Source of the DNA: Bilabrum cf. latius
Lineage: Eukaryota
Reading direction: 5' to 3'
NCBI GenBank assembly: GCA_965178125.1
Contig: OZ237735.1
Span: 1,860,001 to 1,924,000, forward strand
Length of the DNA: 64,000 bases
The first letter of the stretch is position 1. The number at the start of each line of letters is the position of its first letter. Made by a program: the position numbers and the translations under genes. Positions 10,981 through 23,185 of this stretch are shown one piece after another. Below the pieces are notes generated by a model. That model did no database searches. It saw only the letters and a list, made by a program, of their open reading frames with translations, and was not told where the DNA came from.

Positions 10981-13900
10981 TAGCAGCAGTAGCAGCAGCA
11001 GCAGCAACGGCCCACTACGGGCGCCACGGACACCCCCCCGACAGCAAGATTGACTGCCCTGGAGCAACCAGGACGGGGAATGGCCCCTCAGACACTTTTC
11101 GGACGAATCTCAAACGCATTTGGAGGAGACACCACGACGTAGCCTACAGAAGCTCTGTAGTAGACGGTGGCACCTCAACAACAGACGGCGGCGTTTCCAC
11201 CAGGAGCACCAGCAACGGCAGAAGGTAGTGGCCCAATTCGAGCATCACAGGTTGACCTCCACATCCTCTCGCCGAACAACATAGACAAGAGGGAAGGTGA
11301 TATAGAGGGCACTTGGGGAGTCGACAGTGCGAGGCTCCACCGATTCAAACTGGGGCAGCCCGTTGGAAGTGGAAACGTAGCCTCTGTTCGAATGACGCAG
11401 ATTTTGCAGAGCCCCAGGCAAGCTGATGGATACTGCCTGATAGATTCACTCAGAGCACTGGGGATCCACGTGGACTCAGAGTTCTTCAAAGCCATGGCAC
11501 GCATGCAAGGCCTGTATGCCCGCCTGTGTCTTCCACAGCAAATCACCAGGGACTCCTTCCAAGAGCATCCAATCAACAAGGAAATCCTCTCGCAAGCCAT
11601 CTGGATCATGGAAGACCACCTCATGTTCCCGGATACGGTGAATGAGTGGATGACCGCCCTGCTAAGAACTCGCATGCGCACAACTTCAACGGCGCAAACG
11701 GTGGCTGAGCGAGTACCGGCTGGAACTCGAATTTGGAGGCAGCCAGGTGAGACCGCAGAGACACACGGAAACAGACTACTACAGATGACCGGGGGCAATA
11801 AGCGAGCCCTTGTCAGGTTTTGTCTCGCCCTCCCTGTCGTTGCAGCCCTGTCGGTGTCGGTGTATGCGAGGCGGTCGAACATGAACACGAGCGGCTGTGA
11901 TGCAGGGGAGCAAGCAAGTGCAGAAGCAGCGGCTCTACGGACCGCAGCCTAGCGCCGCACTGATGACCATTTCAAGGTACAAGTAGCCTGGTATATTGAA
12001 GAGGCAGTAGAGACCTATGCAGCGACAGGAGTCACGGTGGGAGAGTACCCCAGCGCGCTCTCTGTCACGCTCGTAGCAGAGATCACAAGGGTGCCCATCA
12101 TGAGCATCGCAGTTGCAGGATAGAATTTCTCCCTCCAGCGCCACCTGCCGAGCTCGACTCAGACGATGGGACCGATAGGGGCATGCGGATGCGTCAGAAT
12201 GTCAGGAGGACATTATTCCGCGGTACGGCTAGCGGACCTGCCACTGAGTATGAGAAATGACACGGGGCTGCGCGGCCCCACATTCTCGTCAGGAAGCAAG
12301 TCCCTCCAGGAAACCCTTACATCGATCCCACACAGTGTTGCCGATTACCTTTGGGGTCCTAGTGGTGGTGGAACTGTGCTATTGACCTCCCCGTATGATG
12401 CACTTGAACCACTAGTAGTAGGAGTCAGCAGTCTCTTTGGACCTCCAGAGCGTGTATCCTGGTAGGGGTGCGCGTAGCTCCCTCTTGCGGTCCTGTCTGG
12501 CCTTGACCCAAGCTCCATCACCATGAACGATCTCCGCACTTTCTTTGGTGAGACAGGGGAAGGTATATAGGGCCTCAGCCTCCGAGGACTTACACTAGCG
12601 GTTATGGCCTTGGCACAGCGCCAGGGGGGCTCAGTGCGGTTATACCCAGCAGACAAGGAGGGGAACAGCCTTGCTAAGTGGTGCGAGCGTCTCAGCTCGG
12701 AGGCCACCGATGCTCAACCGATTCAGGGCTTGGTAAACATTGCCATCTCCCGCACCCACTGTGAGGTCTTTGTCCCTACTGGACTTAATCCACCGGGTGG
12801 GAACAGGGCCAGGGAGCATGCCTGCATGATGTTACGACCTGAGCAACGCGAGGAGGATGGAGATGCGGATGTCAGAATTGTTCGCACACTGTCGACGAGA
12901 GGGGAGCTGAATATGGAACCGGCCATGGTCCTATCAGTCCGCCTTGGAGATCAGCGGAGAACACCAATGGCTGGGGCGGCACTACTCGGAGACCTCCGAG
13001 CTATGCTCACGGATGAGCAAAGAAACGACAGGTCCTGGGTCCCGGAGTGTTTTCCTATCATCAGCACCAACTCTGCAATGTTGGCAGAGAGAGAATCTGT
13101 GTGGTTGGTCCCCCCAGGGACAAGCACGGCCCATCAGCCACGGGGCAAACAGGACGAAACAGGAGGCTGGGGCCTGCACAGGATTAGGGACACGAGTCTT
13201 ACCTCCAAGCAGGTCCGGATTGCAACCAAGAACCTGGGGCGTAAAGGGAACCTGGAGGCGATTGAGGTTGCCCTCACGGAGACCTAGATGCCCGACGTGT
13301 TCATTGGCACGGAGATTCAGGACGCGAGAGGACGCTACGTCACCGATGTCACAGACCTGTACGCGATGGAGACCAGAGCAGGAGACGGGGCCCCGCACGG
13401 GGTATGTATCGCCGTTAAACGCGACTCAGGTCTTATATTGAGACGGTGGGCAGACATGGAAGACGAAGACCTGGACGCGCCGGACTGCCTTGTATGCGAT
13501 GTCCTGCACCATGGTCGATGCATGCTGACTGTGATAGCCTGCTACAACCCACCACAAGGAGCTGCCCTTGGAGCAGAAACGAGAGGCTCAGTATTGGGCA
13601 AGGCTTTCGTGGTCGACTCACATCTGACCCTAGGGCAACGACGGAGCCAAGGACCGGCAGGTAACTTTACCAGGGACCGACTCGTGATTGCCGGCGACTT
13701 CAACCCGACACAGGAGCGGGACCAATAGGGAGCTGGCCACATGGACTGGTACCTGGAGAATGACATGGGAATGATCGACATGTACCGCGCACCCGCAGGA
13801 GACGGGCCCACGCATAGAAGAGGCAACACATTAGATGCCATCTGCATCTCCACATCAGCGCAGCTGCAGCTAGTTTCCAGTGAAGTGGCCCAGGAGCCAG

Positions 13901-16900
13901 GCACCTACTCAGACCACACGGGAGTAATTACAGACTTGCTGGTCGCTATCCCTGAAGCGGAGGAGGAACAGGCAATCCGGCGAGTAGACGAGGCCCCAAT
14001 CGCAATGGAGCAAGATAATGACGCCTCCTTCAGGGCAGCGTACTCACGGATGTTTGGCATGCAACTGCAGCAGCAACGCCTGGTCTGGGACCACTACGTC
14101 AAGGAATTTGAGTTCGTCACAAGCACAGCCCGTGACATTACGTGCCGCGTGCTCGACGCAATCCGCGACTTCAAAAGAACGATGGGTACTCCGGCTGACC
14201 GAGAGGCTGCAGGGCAAGCGGTGACGCAGGCTGTGTCCTCCGTCAAGCTGCTTCTGCAAGGATGCTTCACTGCAGCAGTCGATACGGTGGCAGGCCGACA
14301 GACGACGAGGACTGCACAGGAGGGGCACGCGGAGGTGTCACGAAAGCGCCACCATAGGATCTGGGCGGCACGGACAAGATGGGCTGAGACCTGGGGAGAA
14401 GCCCAAGCTAGCCTGAAGGCCCTCATAGCGGGACCCGCTACTGAGCAAGCACTCTCAGAGGCCAGAGCACGCCTAGCAGCGCATCGCCGAGCCAGCCTAC
14501 GCCTCCAAGAGCGACAGAGGGGGCTCGATGGACGGATGCAGGCAACATTCTGGGGTAGCACGGAGGTGAACCAGCAGGCACAGGAGGGGTAGGAGTACTG
14601 GAAGATGCTCCTCTCCAACCTGGACCACGACCGACGAGCTGTCTTCGAGACCACAGAGAGAGGAGCTCGCAGGACGGGCCAAGCATTACGGAACATGCTG
14701 GGAACAGCCAGCCCGAGGGAAGCCCACCGACGGATTACCGATGCGATCTCTCGGAGGCAACGGTCTGTACCAGGACTGGAGCCGATCACCAACCCAGAAG
14801 GAGAGGTACTCATGGATATCGAGGACGTCCTGGAGGCACACGCACAGCAGCTCTCTCATGCAGGAGGAGATGGAAGTGCGGATGTGGACGGATTCATGAC
14901 CAGGGTTGCGCCACACATGCCCAGGGCAGCGGCACCACTCAACCTGTACTGCAGGTCGAATGCAGAGGTGGACCAAGCACTGGACAGGATCAAGCACAAC
15001 AAAGCTGTGGGACCGGACGGGATCAGGGCTGAACTGCTGATCAAATGCAAGCCCAGCTCCGAGGAGGACGGGCACATGCGGCGAAGCGATGCGCTGCTAT
15101 TCCTACTCAGAGCCATCTATAATCTCACCCTCTTCTCGGGAATACAGCCCGAGGCCTTCCAAGAGGGGTTCATGAGGCCGGTCTCCAAGCGCAAGCAAGG
15201 CACAGGAGTCCCAGGAGTCGACGAATTCAGGCCAATATGCTGGACATCGGCGCTTTCGAAAGTGGTGAGTACTATCGCAAACCAGAAGGTCATGTGGTAC
15301 TGCGAAAAGCACGGACTCTTTGGACAGGACCAGGCTGGTTTTCGCATTGGAAAAAACTGTCAGCAGGCCTACTCAGCGGTGATGGAATGGATCACTCAAC
15401 GAGGAGGGGCTGGAGGTTTCCTGGTGTTCTTTGATATCAAGGGAGCCTTCGACACCTGCAAGTGGAACGTCATCGAGGCCATCATGACGGAACAAGGATG
15501 GGGACGCCAGACGATACGCTTCCTGATGGCCCGCATGCAGGTGGCCATCCGCGTCCGAGACCCACACACCAGAAAGGTCTCTACCAGAGTGCAGAAGACG
15601 GCGGGCACCCCACAAGGGGAGATCCTGTCCCCCACTATCTTCCTGGTACTGATGGGAGTCCTATTGGGGACGCTACGGAAAGAGAGGCTCCAACACGGAC
15701 ACCAACAAAGGATCATTACCGCCACTGGACGATATGTGGAATGCGGACAAGTCGGGTATGCGGACGACTACGTGGCAGTGACATCGCAATGGAACGAGGC
15801 AGTGATGGTCATGAAGCTAGTCAAGAGCCTGTTCGCACTCGCCGGCATGCAGCTGGGAATCAAACCCCTGACCGCACAGGGCCAGGGGACCAAGACAGCG
15901 ATGATGGCCTTTGGCTACGCCCGAGACTCAATTCCTGGGGACATGCCAGACGGCGTCGCATGCAGAGCAGCGGATGCGGGAGATGCTGAAGAGTGGACCA
16001 TCCCACTTGCCTCATCTTACCTCTACCTCGGGCTACTCATCTCAACTCAATCGGTGCGAATCAGCCCAGATGAGACAGTCGGGCTCCCGCAGGCTAGAGA
16101 CATCTGGGTGATCGACATGGTACCACACGTGCGCAGGCGGCTTGCTATGGCGTACCGGGCGGCTAGAGACATCACACGAGCGGCGGTTAACGGAAACTGG
16201 GCAGTCTCTCTGCACGCTCAGCTGCTGCACGCAGGAGCGATCACGAGTGCATTCTACGGAGCAGAGGCAGCGGCATGCGCAACAGGATGGGACTGCCTGT
16301 CAGGAGTGGGACAAGGTACTGGCATCTTCTACGGGATGAAGCTAAACCTAGAAGTCCTCAGGATGCTGGACAAATTCCTGCTGGACATGCGCTGGATGAT
16401 TGCCAGCGGATCGACGCAGGTAAGGCCATTCTCCATGGAAGGCCGATATGTGCCAAGCCTTGCGATGAACACCGAGCTGCTCACTGCATCAGCAGCGGGA
16501 CGAGTTGCAGTGAGCCTGCTAGATCTGATCGAGTGCCCCCTGAAAAAGGGCCTTGACGTAGCAGCCAGGTACATGTACCAGGGCCGACACCTGCAGGGAC
16601 CACCGCTACAGACGGGCCCCCTCGGGGCCGCCCTGGCACTGGGATACAGAATCAAGATGCCTGGGCGGATTCTACATTCTGACGACGCGAAGGACTGGCT
16701 GGGATATCAAGAGACTGCGAAAAGAGTCACGAAATGGAGGCGATCCACGTCCGGAGCTGCGGAACGGGCATTTACAAGCCTTAGCCTGGGATGCTCGCAC
16801 GATCCAGCACTGTCAGACCAAGACCGGGAGCGCGCCGCGTGCGGAGTGGTGATGTTTAACCGATTTGCAACGAAAGGACGGAATGCTTTCGGACCAGGAG

Positions 16901-17643
16901 CCATGGTGACTACAGCGGCAATGCAGGAGTACGGTCATCAAGGAAGACGAATCCTGCGCATCCGAGCCGGACAATACCCACAACAGGGAACGCCCAACCT
17001 CCAGGTATCGGGCACCGCGGTAGAGCAGATGGAGCGGGCTGAGCATGAGCGTCACGCCGAAACGAAGCCGTGGCAACCTGATGCCGGGGATCAGAATAGA
17101 GGGAGGTCGCCCGCCTCTCTTCGGAAGGCATGGGCGAAGACAGCTCTCGCCCTGGATCCCTGGGACGAGAAGCTGGAGCACACCAACAGGGCCAAGCCAA
17201 TCGTCGAAGACGCGCTCATTCGGATAGAGCGCACGATTGCACGGTCCTCGGAACGTACAGCTGTCAAGGTGCTGGCCAACCAAGTGGTGCAGGTGCTCAG
17301 AAACCAGCTGCGCCAGCAGGAGCAACTGACATGCAGGCAGTGGATGCGTGGTGATGCGGCGGCTGCCTTAGCCGCCACGGCCACGCAGGAGCTGATAGCG
17401 GCAACCAATGCGAACGCCCGACTACAGCGACGGATTTTCAAGCCCCACGGCTTGCTAAAGGATATAGAGAGGCAATGGGCCAAAGGCATGAGCGCGTGCA
17501 TGCTCGCCTCTCTGAAGGATCGTGAGACGCAGAGACGGTCATGGAGGAGGAAATGGTGGGTCTCGACCGGGGACCCCGATGTGGGACTGGACCGCGCCTT
17601 GTGCCGGGCACACGCTCCGCACCTGTATGCTTTCTCCTTGTGA
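10024..17643 (+). CDS. ~2,540-aa retrotransposon polyprotein: TM segments, RG tract, poly-Q, OTU-like protease, APE endonuclease, reverse transcriptase
   Basis: One frame open through TAGs to TGA 17641-17643 (also open upstream of this first ATG). APE motifs GTEI, IAGDFN, LDAI, SDH; RT motifs KAVGPDGI, FRPI, QAGFR, FFDIKGAFD, GTPQGEILSP, GYADD; OTU-like ADGYCLIDSL and GGHYSAV. Confidence 0.9.
10951..11007 (+). repeat. Poly-Gln tract made of CAG interspersed with TAG
   Basis: CAG CAG CAG TAG CAG x6 TAG CAG CAG TAG CAG x4 CAA, in frame with the polyprotein. Confidence 0.95.
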
Positions 17644-17868
17644 GGCAACAGGCTGGGGGCCTGTGGGGGACCACACTGATGGCGAAGAATGGCAACTCGG
17701 CGGCATAGGCTGAGAACGGGGGGCCTTTGGCCTGAAAGGGTCGGGGGTCTTGTAGTCCTTTGTTTTTAGGGCTCCTCTGGATCTAGGTGATCACCCAAAC
17801 CCCCTCGGGGGCGATGGTGCATCTGGGTGTTTATGGAATCTTTACCCAACAATGTATTTCTGTATTTC

Positions 17869-20800
17869 CACCCCAAGAGGCAATCGCACTGGGCAGGTCG
17901 AACGGATCAGCAAGCTCACGCCATGGGCTCCGCAAGCTGGGCCGCTCCTCCGTGGGGGAGTTGCGCTGCTTGCGGTCCATCTGCGTTCGCGATGCCTTCG
18001 TGTTCGATTGCGTTCGGATCAGCCGCCTCGTCCGGTGCTGCACCCTCAGCTCCTACTGCAGCTGCAGCAGGTACTGCGGGCACAGCTGGCGCTCCAGCTG
18101 CATCCAAACCCTACGCACCACCAGCTCCACCAGCCTGCTGTAGTGCCACTCCTAGCTGCGCAACTCCCGCTGCCAGCTCTCCCACCTGACCACCAGCTCC
18201 TGCTGCGGCCGCTCCCTGTGCGCCGGTTGCCTCCCTCTGCTTCAGCAGCTCACAAGCGTTAAGGTTAAATTTGCTCGGAGAGAGAATATAATATGTCTGA
18301 GTCAAAGCACACACTACCCAACTACAACGACCACCCCAAGAGGCAATCGCACTGGGCAGGTCGAACGGATCAGCAATCGGAGAGAGAATATAATATGTCT
18401 GAGTCAAAGCACACACTACCCAACTACAACGACCACCCCAAGAGGCAATCGCACTGGGCAATCGGAGAGAGAATAGATATATCTGTATCAAAGCACACAC
18501 TACCCAACTGCAACGACCACCCCGTGGGGCAATCGCATCAGGTAGGTCGAACGGATCAGCAGGCTCACGCCGCAGGGTTCGCAAGCTGGGCTGCTCCTCC
18601 GTGGGGGTTCTGCGTTGCTTGCAATCCTTCGGCGTTCGCATTGCCTTCGTGTTCGATCGCGTCCGGATCAGCTGCCTGATCTGCTGCCTCACCATCAGCT
18701 CCTGCCGCAGGTGCGACGTTCACTGGTGGTATGACAGGCTCTTCAGCTGCCTCCAAACCCATGCCCAACGCACCGCCAGCCCCACCAGCCTGCTGCAGTG
18801 CCGCTCCGAGCTGCGCAGCCTCCGCTGCCACTTGCTCGTCCACTTGACCACCAGCTCCTGCTGCGGCCACTCCTTGTACACCAGTTGGTGCCATCTGCTT
18901 CAGCTGCTCACAAACGTTAAGGTTGAATTTGTTCGTGAAAGCGGCGTTCCGCATGGCCACCAGTCTGGCAATATCCCGGGCCCAGAACCTGACCTGGGCA
19001 TCCACTGACTTGCTCCCGTTCTTCCCCAGTCGCTTTCGCCTGATGCGTGCAAGCAGCTAGAGCACTCCTCTTGCTCCATCCCCGATTCGGCCCGAGGGCT
19101 GAACCACGAAATCTCGAAAGATCACCGTGTTCGGGTTCTTCAACGTCTTCACCGGGTTCCCCGTGGCTCCGCTTGGGATGCGACCGGCCAGCCTCCGGTG
19201 TGCGGGCATCTCCTGGTGGATCTCCTTGTGTTTCCTGAATGCTCCCCTGATCCCAGCGACTTCGTCCTGGTAGTCGGTGCCAACCGGTTTTCCTGGACCT
19301 GTGCGTTCCCCGATGTGATCTCCCGTCTTTTTCCTCCGGTTGATCGATGAGAGTGCCGCCTGCGCGAGTGGATCCACGCTGGTCACATCGATCAGGATGT
19401 CTTTCTCCCCTTCCGCCCGGGGGATCACCACATCCATCCTGTACGTGCCGCCCTCCACGTACTGCTCCGTATCCTCTGAGAGTGCTTCATACCCCGTAGC
19501 ACTCTGGCCAATCCTGCACAACTCCCTCTTGACGACCTCATGAATGCTCGTGAGTCGCTTCTTGTCCATCGGCCGCTTCTTCCGATTTCCACAGCAGCTC
19601 ATGTGTCCCACCTGGTGAATATATCCGATTCCGTGTTGACACTCGGAGTCGGGGCACACCAGGTTCATCTCTGCCTGCAGGTTGTGCATCCCATCTTGGT
19701 GCTGCAGCCTCCTAAGCACCTCCTGTGCTTGCCTTGCTGATGGTGACGGTGCCATCAGGCGTTTGCAAAACTCTTCCTGGTACCCTCTATTGGCTGGAAT
19801 GGAGACCCCTTCGCCAAACTTGTCCTTCACGTATCGAGCGCGCAGTAGCGCTCCGGCGTCGGCTGATCTACGGCTCCTGATCAGCGCTCGTGCTTTCTGC
19901 ATCTCTACTCGGGCCCTGTCTGCCCATTGTTGGTCTTCTCCTAAGAGGCGCTGTTGGAATCCTGGAATGTTCTGGAAGGGCTTCACGAGGAAGACCTCCG
20001 TACAGGCGCGGTCTGCTGCCTGTCTCATCAAGCTCTCGTGGTGGCCTCCAAAACTCATCGGCTTGTCCCCTGCAAGTCGCTGCTGCTCCCGAAGGTAGCT
20101 CTTCAACCCTTTCGCTTCCAACATGAAGCGTTCTGGGTTTGTGGCGTTCCGTTTCGCCTTGGCCACATTGTCCATCGGGTCTACGTCGATGAACACACCC
20201 TGCTGGGTCTTCACTCGGACTTTCTCAATCTTGTCCGGAGTGATGAGCTCGTGCTCTGCACACTTCACCGCCTTCTCGAGTGCTGTCCTCATCTCTGGGT
20301 CGGTGAGCATCGCTTGGGTTCTAATTGGGTCCCACACTGAACGCGTGAAACCCGGCATGTCCCCGTGGGGCACCGGTTGGTACTACAACTGGTACTTGAG
20401 GCGTTGTTTGGGGTCCTCCTTGGCCGATCGAACCAGCTCCTTCATCTTGTACAAAACCCAACGCACAGCCCAGTCCGCAACCTGGAGCACGGGCGCACTG
20501 TGAAGTCCGAACGTGTCGTGTTGGTTGTTGACTGGACCCGGAGAGAGAGAATAGATATATCTGTATCAAAGCACACACTACCCAACTGCAACGACCACCC
20601 CGTGGGGCAATCGCATCAGGAGAGAGAATAGATATATCTGTATCAAAGCACACACTACCCAACTGCAACGACCACCCCGTGGGGCAATCGCATCAGGTAG
20701 GTCGAACGGATCAGCAGGCTCACGCCGCAGGGTTCGCAAGCTGGGCTGCTCCTCCGTGGGGGTTCTGCAGGAGAGAGAATATAATATGTCTGAGTCAAAG

Positions 20801-21107
20801 CACACACTACCCAACTACAACGACCACCCCAAGAGGCAATCGCACTGCAGGAGAGAGAGAGAGAATATAATATGTCTGAGTCAAAGCACACACTACCCAA
20901 CTACAACGACCACCCCAAGAGGCAATCGCACTGGGCAGGTCGAACGGATCAGCAAGCTCACGCCATGGGCTCCGCAAGCTGGGCCGCTCCTCCGTGGGGG
21001 AGTTGCGCTGCTTGCGGTCCATCTGCGTTCGCGATGCCTTCGTGTTCGATTGCGTTCGGATCAGCCGCCTCGTCCGGTGCTGCACCCTCAGCTCCTACTG
21101 CAGCTGC
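17869..21107 (-). mobile_element. Tandem array of 5'-truncated RLE-type (CRE/R2-like) non-LTR retrotransposon copies, variants A and B
   Basis: Units start (on +) with (C)GGAGAGAGAATA at 18276, 18378, 18463, 20539, 20619, 20770 and 20850 and have different lengths; the last unit resumes at 46878 after the virophage. Confidence 0.85.
18565..20538 (-). CDS. C-terminal part of an RLE-type non-LTR ORF (zinc knuckle + restriction-like endonuclease), 5'-truncated
   Basis: ORFs 19057-20373 and 18565-19005 join through TAG. CPDSEC...GHMSCC, IHEVV, RMDVVI, ILIDVTSVDP and SGRIG fit the CCHC + PD-(D/E)xK RLE pattern. Confidence 0.8.
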
Positions 21108-21208
21108 TGTTATCCGCCAAAATGTGGAGTTATGATAACTCTATTTCTACTATATAGTAGAAATAGAGTTTACTTATATAAAAACTACACACATTTTGGC
21201 GGATAACA
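21108..21208. other. 101-bp terminal hairpin palindrome (mirror copy 46777-46877)
   Basis: TGTTATCCGCCAAAATGTG / CACATTTTGGCGGATAACA arms enclose the perfect palindrome AACTCTATTTCTACTATATAGTAGAAATAGAGTT. Confidence 0.9.
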
Positions 21209-22475
21209 TAAGAGGTCAATATTAACCACTTCACAACATCTTAAGCCGTAGTCCTTCATAATGTCCTTCACTTGAACATAATAATTTAATAGCTATTTAT
21301 TCATATATCTACCTAATTTAATACCTTCGCGCCGTTAATGTCTATCTGTTAGACCTTTACTTTACTTAATCTGTTGAGTGAATCCCTAGCCTAAGTCTTA
21401 GGATATGCCCGCCCGAAATTGCGGAAATATATAGTCATTTAAGAAAATATGTTCGCAATTCTGGGCGCGTAGGTGTATTGAGTTTTATATTATGATTTGG
21501 TTTTAAGTATCAATTGACATTTACCACTTTAGAAAATAACTAAATAAATACTTAAAGAGATTGACAGAAGTATTAAAGTCTTTTTAATACTTCCAATGAA
21601 AAATTTAAATTAATAAATAAAACTAAACTAATATATCAACTTAATTTATCTCTTTTTTTATTACTTGTCAATCTATACTTAAATAATTGAATATTTAAAT
21701 ATAACTAGAAGGAGATATTAATCACTTTATAAAGTCTTTTATATGTCATCTCTTCAAAACTTCAAATATAAGGGTATCCCCTTAAAAATACATTCTTTTA
21801 TCTATCGCCCGAAATTGCGGTAATATTATAGCTATTCAAGATATATTTCTGCAATTCTGGGCGCGTAGGTGTATTGATTTTTATTTTTCATAATTCTTTA
21901 AATATGTTAAAGTCCTTTGTTTGAGTATATGATATAAAGGAATACAAAGCGGGATAACTTAAAAATGATAAATGTTTTGACGATGACTTTAAAATGACTC
22001 AATGAACTGGTTTATGTCAAGTGTATTACTTTGAAATGATTAATCACTAGATTAAATGGAAAATATAGGATAATAAAATATGGTATAGTATAATACTAGC
22101 GCCCGAAATTGCGGTAATATATTAGGATATTAAGATATATTGTCGCAATTCTGGGCGCGTAGGTGTATTGAGTTTTATATTTTGTTAATTTTGACATAGT
22201 TATCTTATAGAGGTGTAATTTTGTAATAAAGATATTTCTAGTATGTGCTATATTAAATGTCCAGAAATGACGGCCCGAAATTGCGGAAATATATTAGGAT
22301 ATTAAGAGATATTGTCGCAATTCTGGGCGCGTAGGTGTCTTCAATAATTAATAATCAACTACTTCTTTATTTTGATTAATTTTTTTGACTTACCGTTCAT
22401 TTTATTGACCACTTAACGGGATATCACAAAAAGACTTAACCACTTGACGAGATATTTTAAAATAACTAATAATAA

Positions 22476-22550
22476 ATATGACCGCCCCAAATTGTATCTC
22501 CAGATATGACCGCCCCAAATTGTATCTCCAGATATGACCGCCCCAAATTG
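22476..22550 (+). repeat. 28-bp tandem repeat (2.7 copies) of the palindrome's left arm within the TIR
   Basis: ATATGACCGCCCCAAATTGTATCTCCAG twice, then ATATGACCGCCCCAAATTG. Confidence 0.9.
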
Positions 22551-22700
22551 CGGAAATATATAAGTATCAAGAAAATTATGTTTGCAATTCTGGGCGCTCA
22601 CCCGTATTCAATTTTACATATTCACTAACTCATACCACTTATTTTAAGTCATTTTCTAGTTTAAAAAACTTAAAGATTTATCTAGTATATTACTATAGTA

Positions 22701-22910
22701 ATGCCAGATATTAAAGATGTATTAAAATAGGTTCAAGACATTATGGAAGATTATCAAAGACTCAAGGAATAGGAGACCAAAAAGAAAGAAGCTATTAAAA
22801 AAGCTAAATAGAAATATTACCAAAAGAATCAAGAGAAATGGAAGGGGTACTATTAGAAGAGAAAACAGGTTAAGGATGAACCAGATACAGAAGGATTAAA
22901 TAAGACTTAA
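22701..22910 (+). CDS. Virophage hypothetical basic protein (69 aa)
   Basis: ATG 22701 to TAA with four in-frame TAG; TATCTA upstream. Confidence 0.6.
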
Positions 22911-22942
22911 AAATATATTCTATTATTATAGTATTATTAATA

Positions 22943-23155
22943 ATGGATTTAATAGATACCAAATCAAATAATCAAGTTATCAATAAACCAATACATCAAT
23001 TACAAGACTTACCAATAGAGTTTCAAGAGACTATAAGTTATTTACTAATCGGGAAATCCCCAGCAGAAATTGAAAAATTTAAAAATACTCTAGTTGTGCG
23101 CGAAAATCCATCTCAATCCTTTAAGCCAAAATAGTGCGTCTAGAAAATGACTTAA
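22943..23155 (+). CDS. Virophage hypothetical protein (70 aa)
   Basis: ORF extends through two TAG to TAA. Confidence 0.5.
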
Positions 23156-23185
23156 AAAATTATCTTTAGTATAGTATATACTAGA

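Larger units (their letters stand above)
9974..17868 (+). mobile_element. Non-LTR retrotransposon (APE-RT type), near full length
   Basis: Single long ORF, 3' tail (TGTATTTC)2, TSD CACCC at 9969-9973 and 17869-17873 inside an RLE-family 3' UTR. Confidence 0.9.
21108..22640 (+). repeat. Left terminal inverted repeat (1,533 bp)
   Basis: Reverse complement of 45345-46877; no differences noticed in the stretches compared by eye. Confidence 0.95.

Noticed and set aside
22413-22601. 62-aa ORF in the TIR (and its mirror 45384-45572)
   Set aside because: Non-ATG start overlapping the palindrome and tandem repeats; no coding signal.
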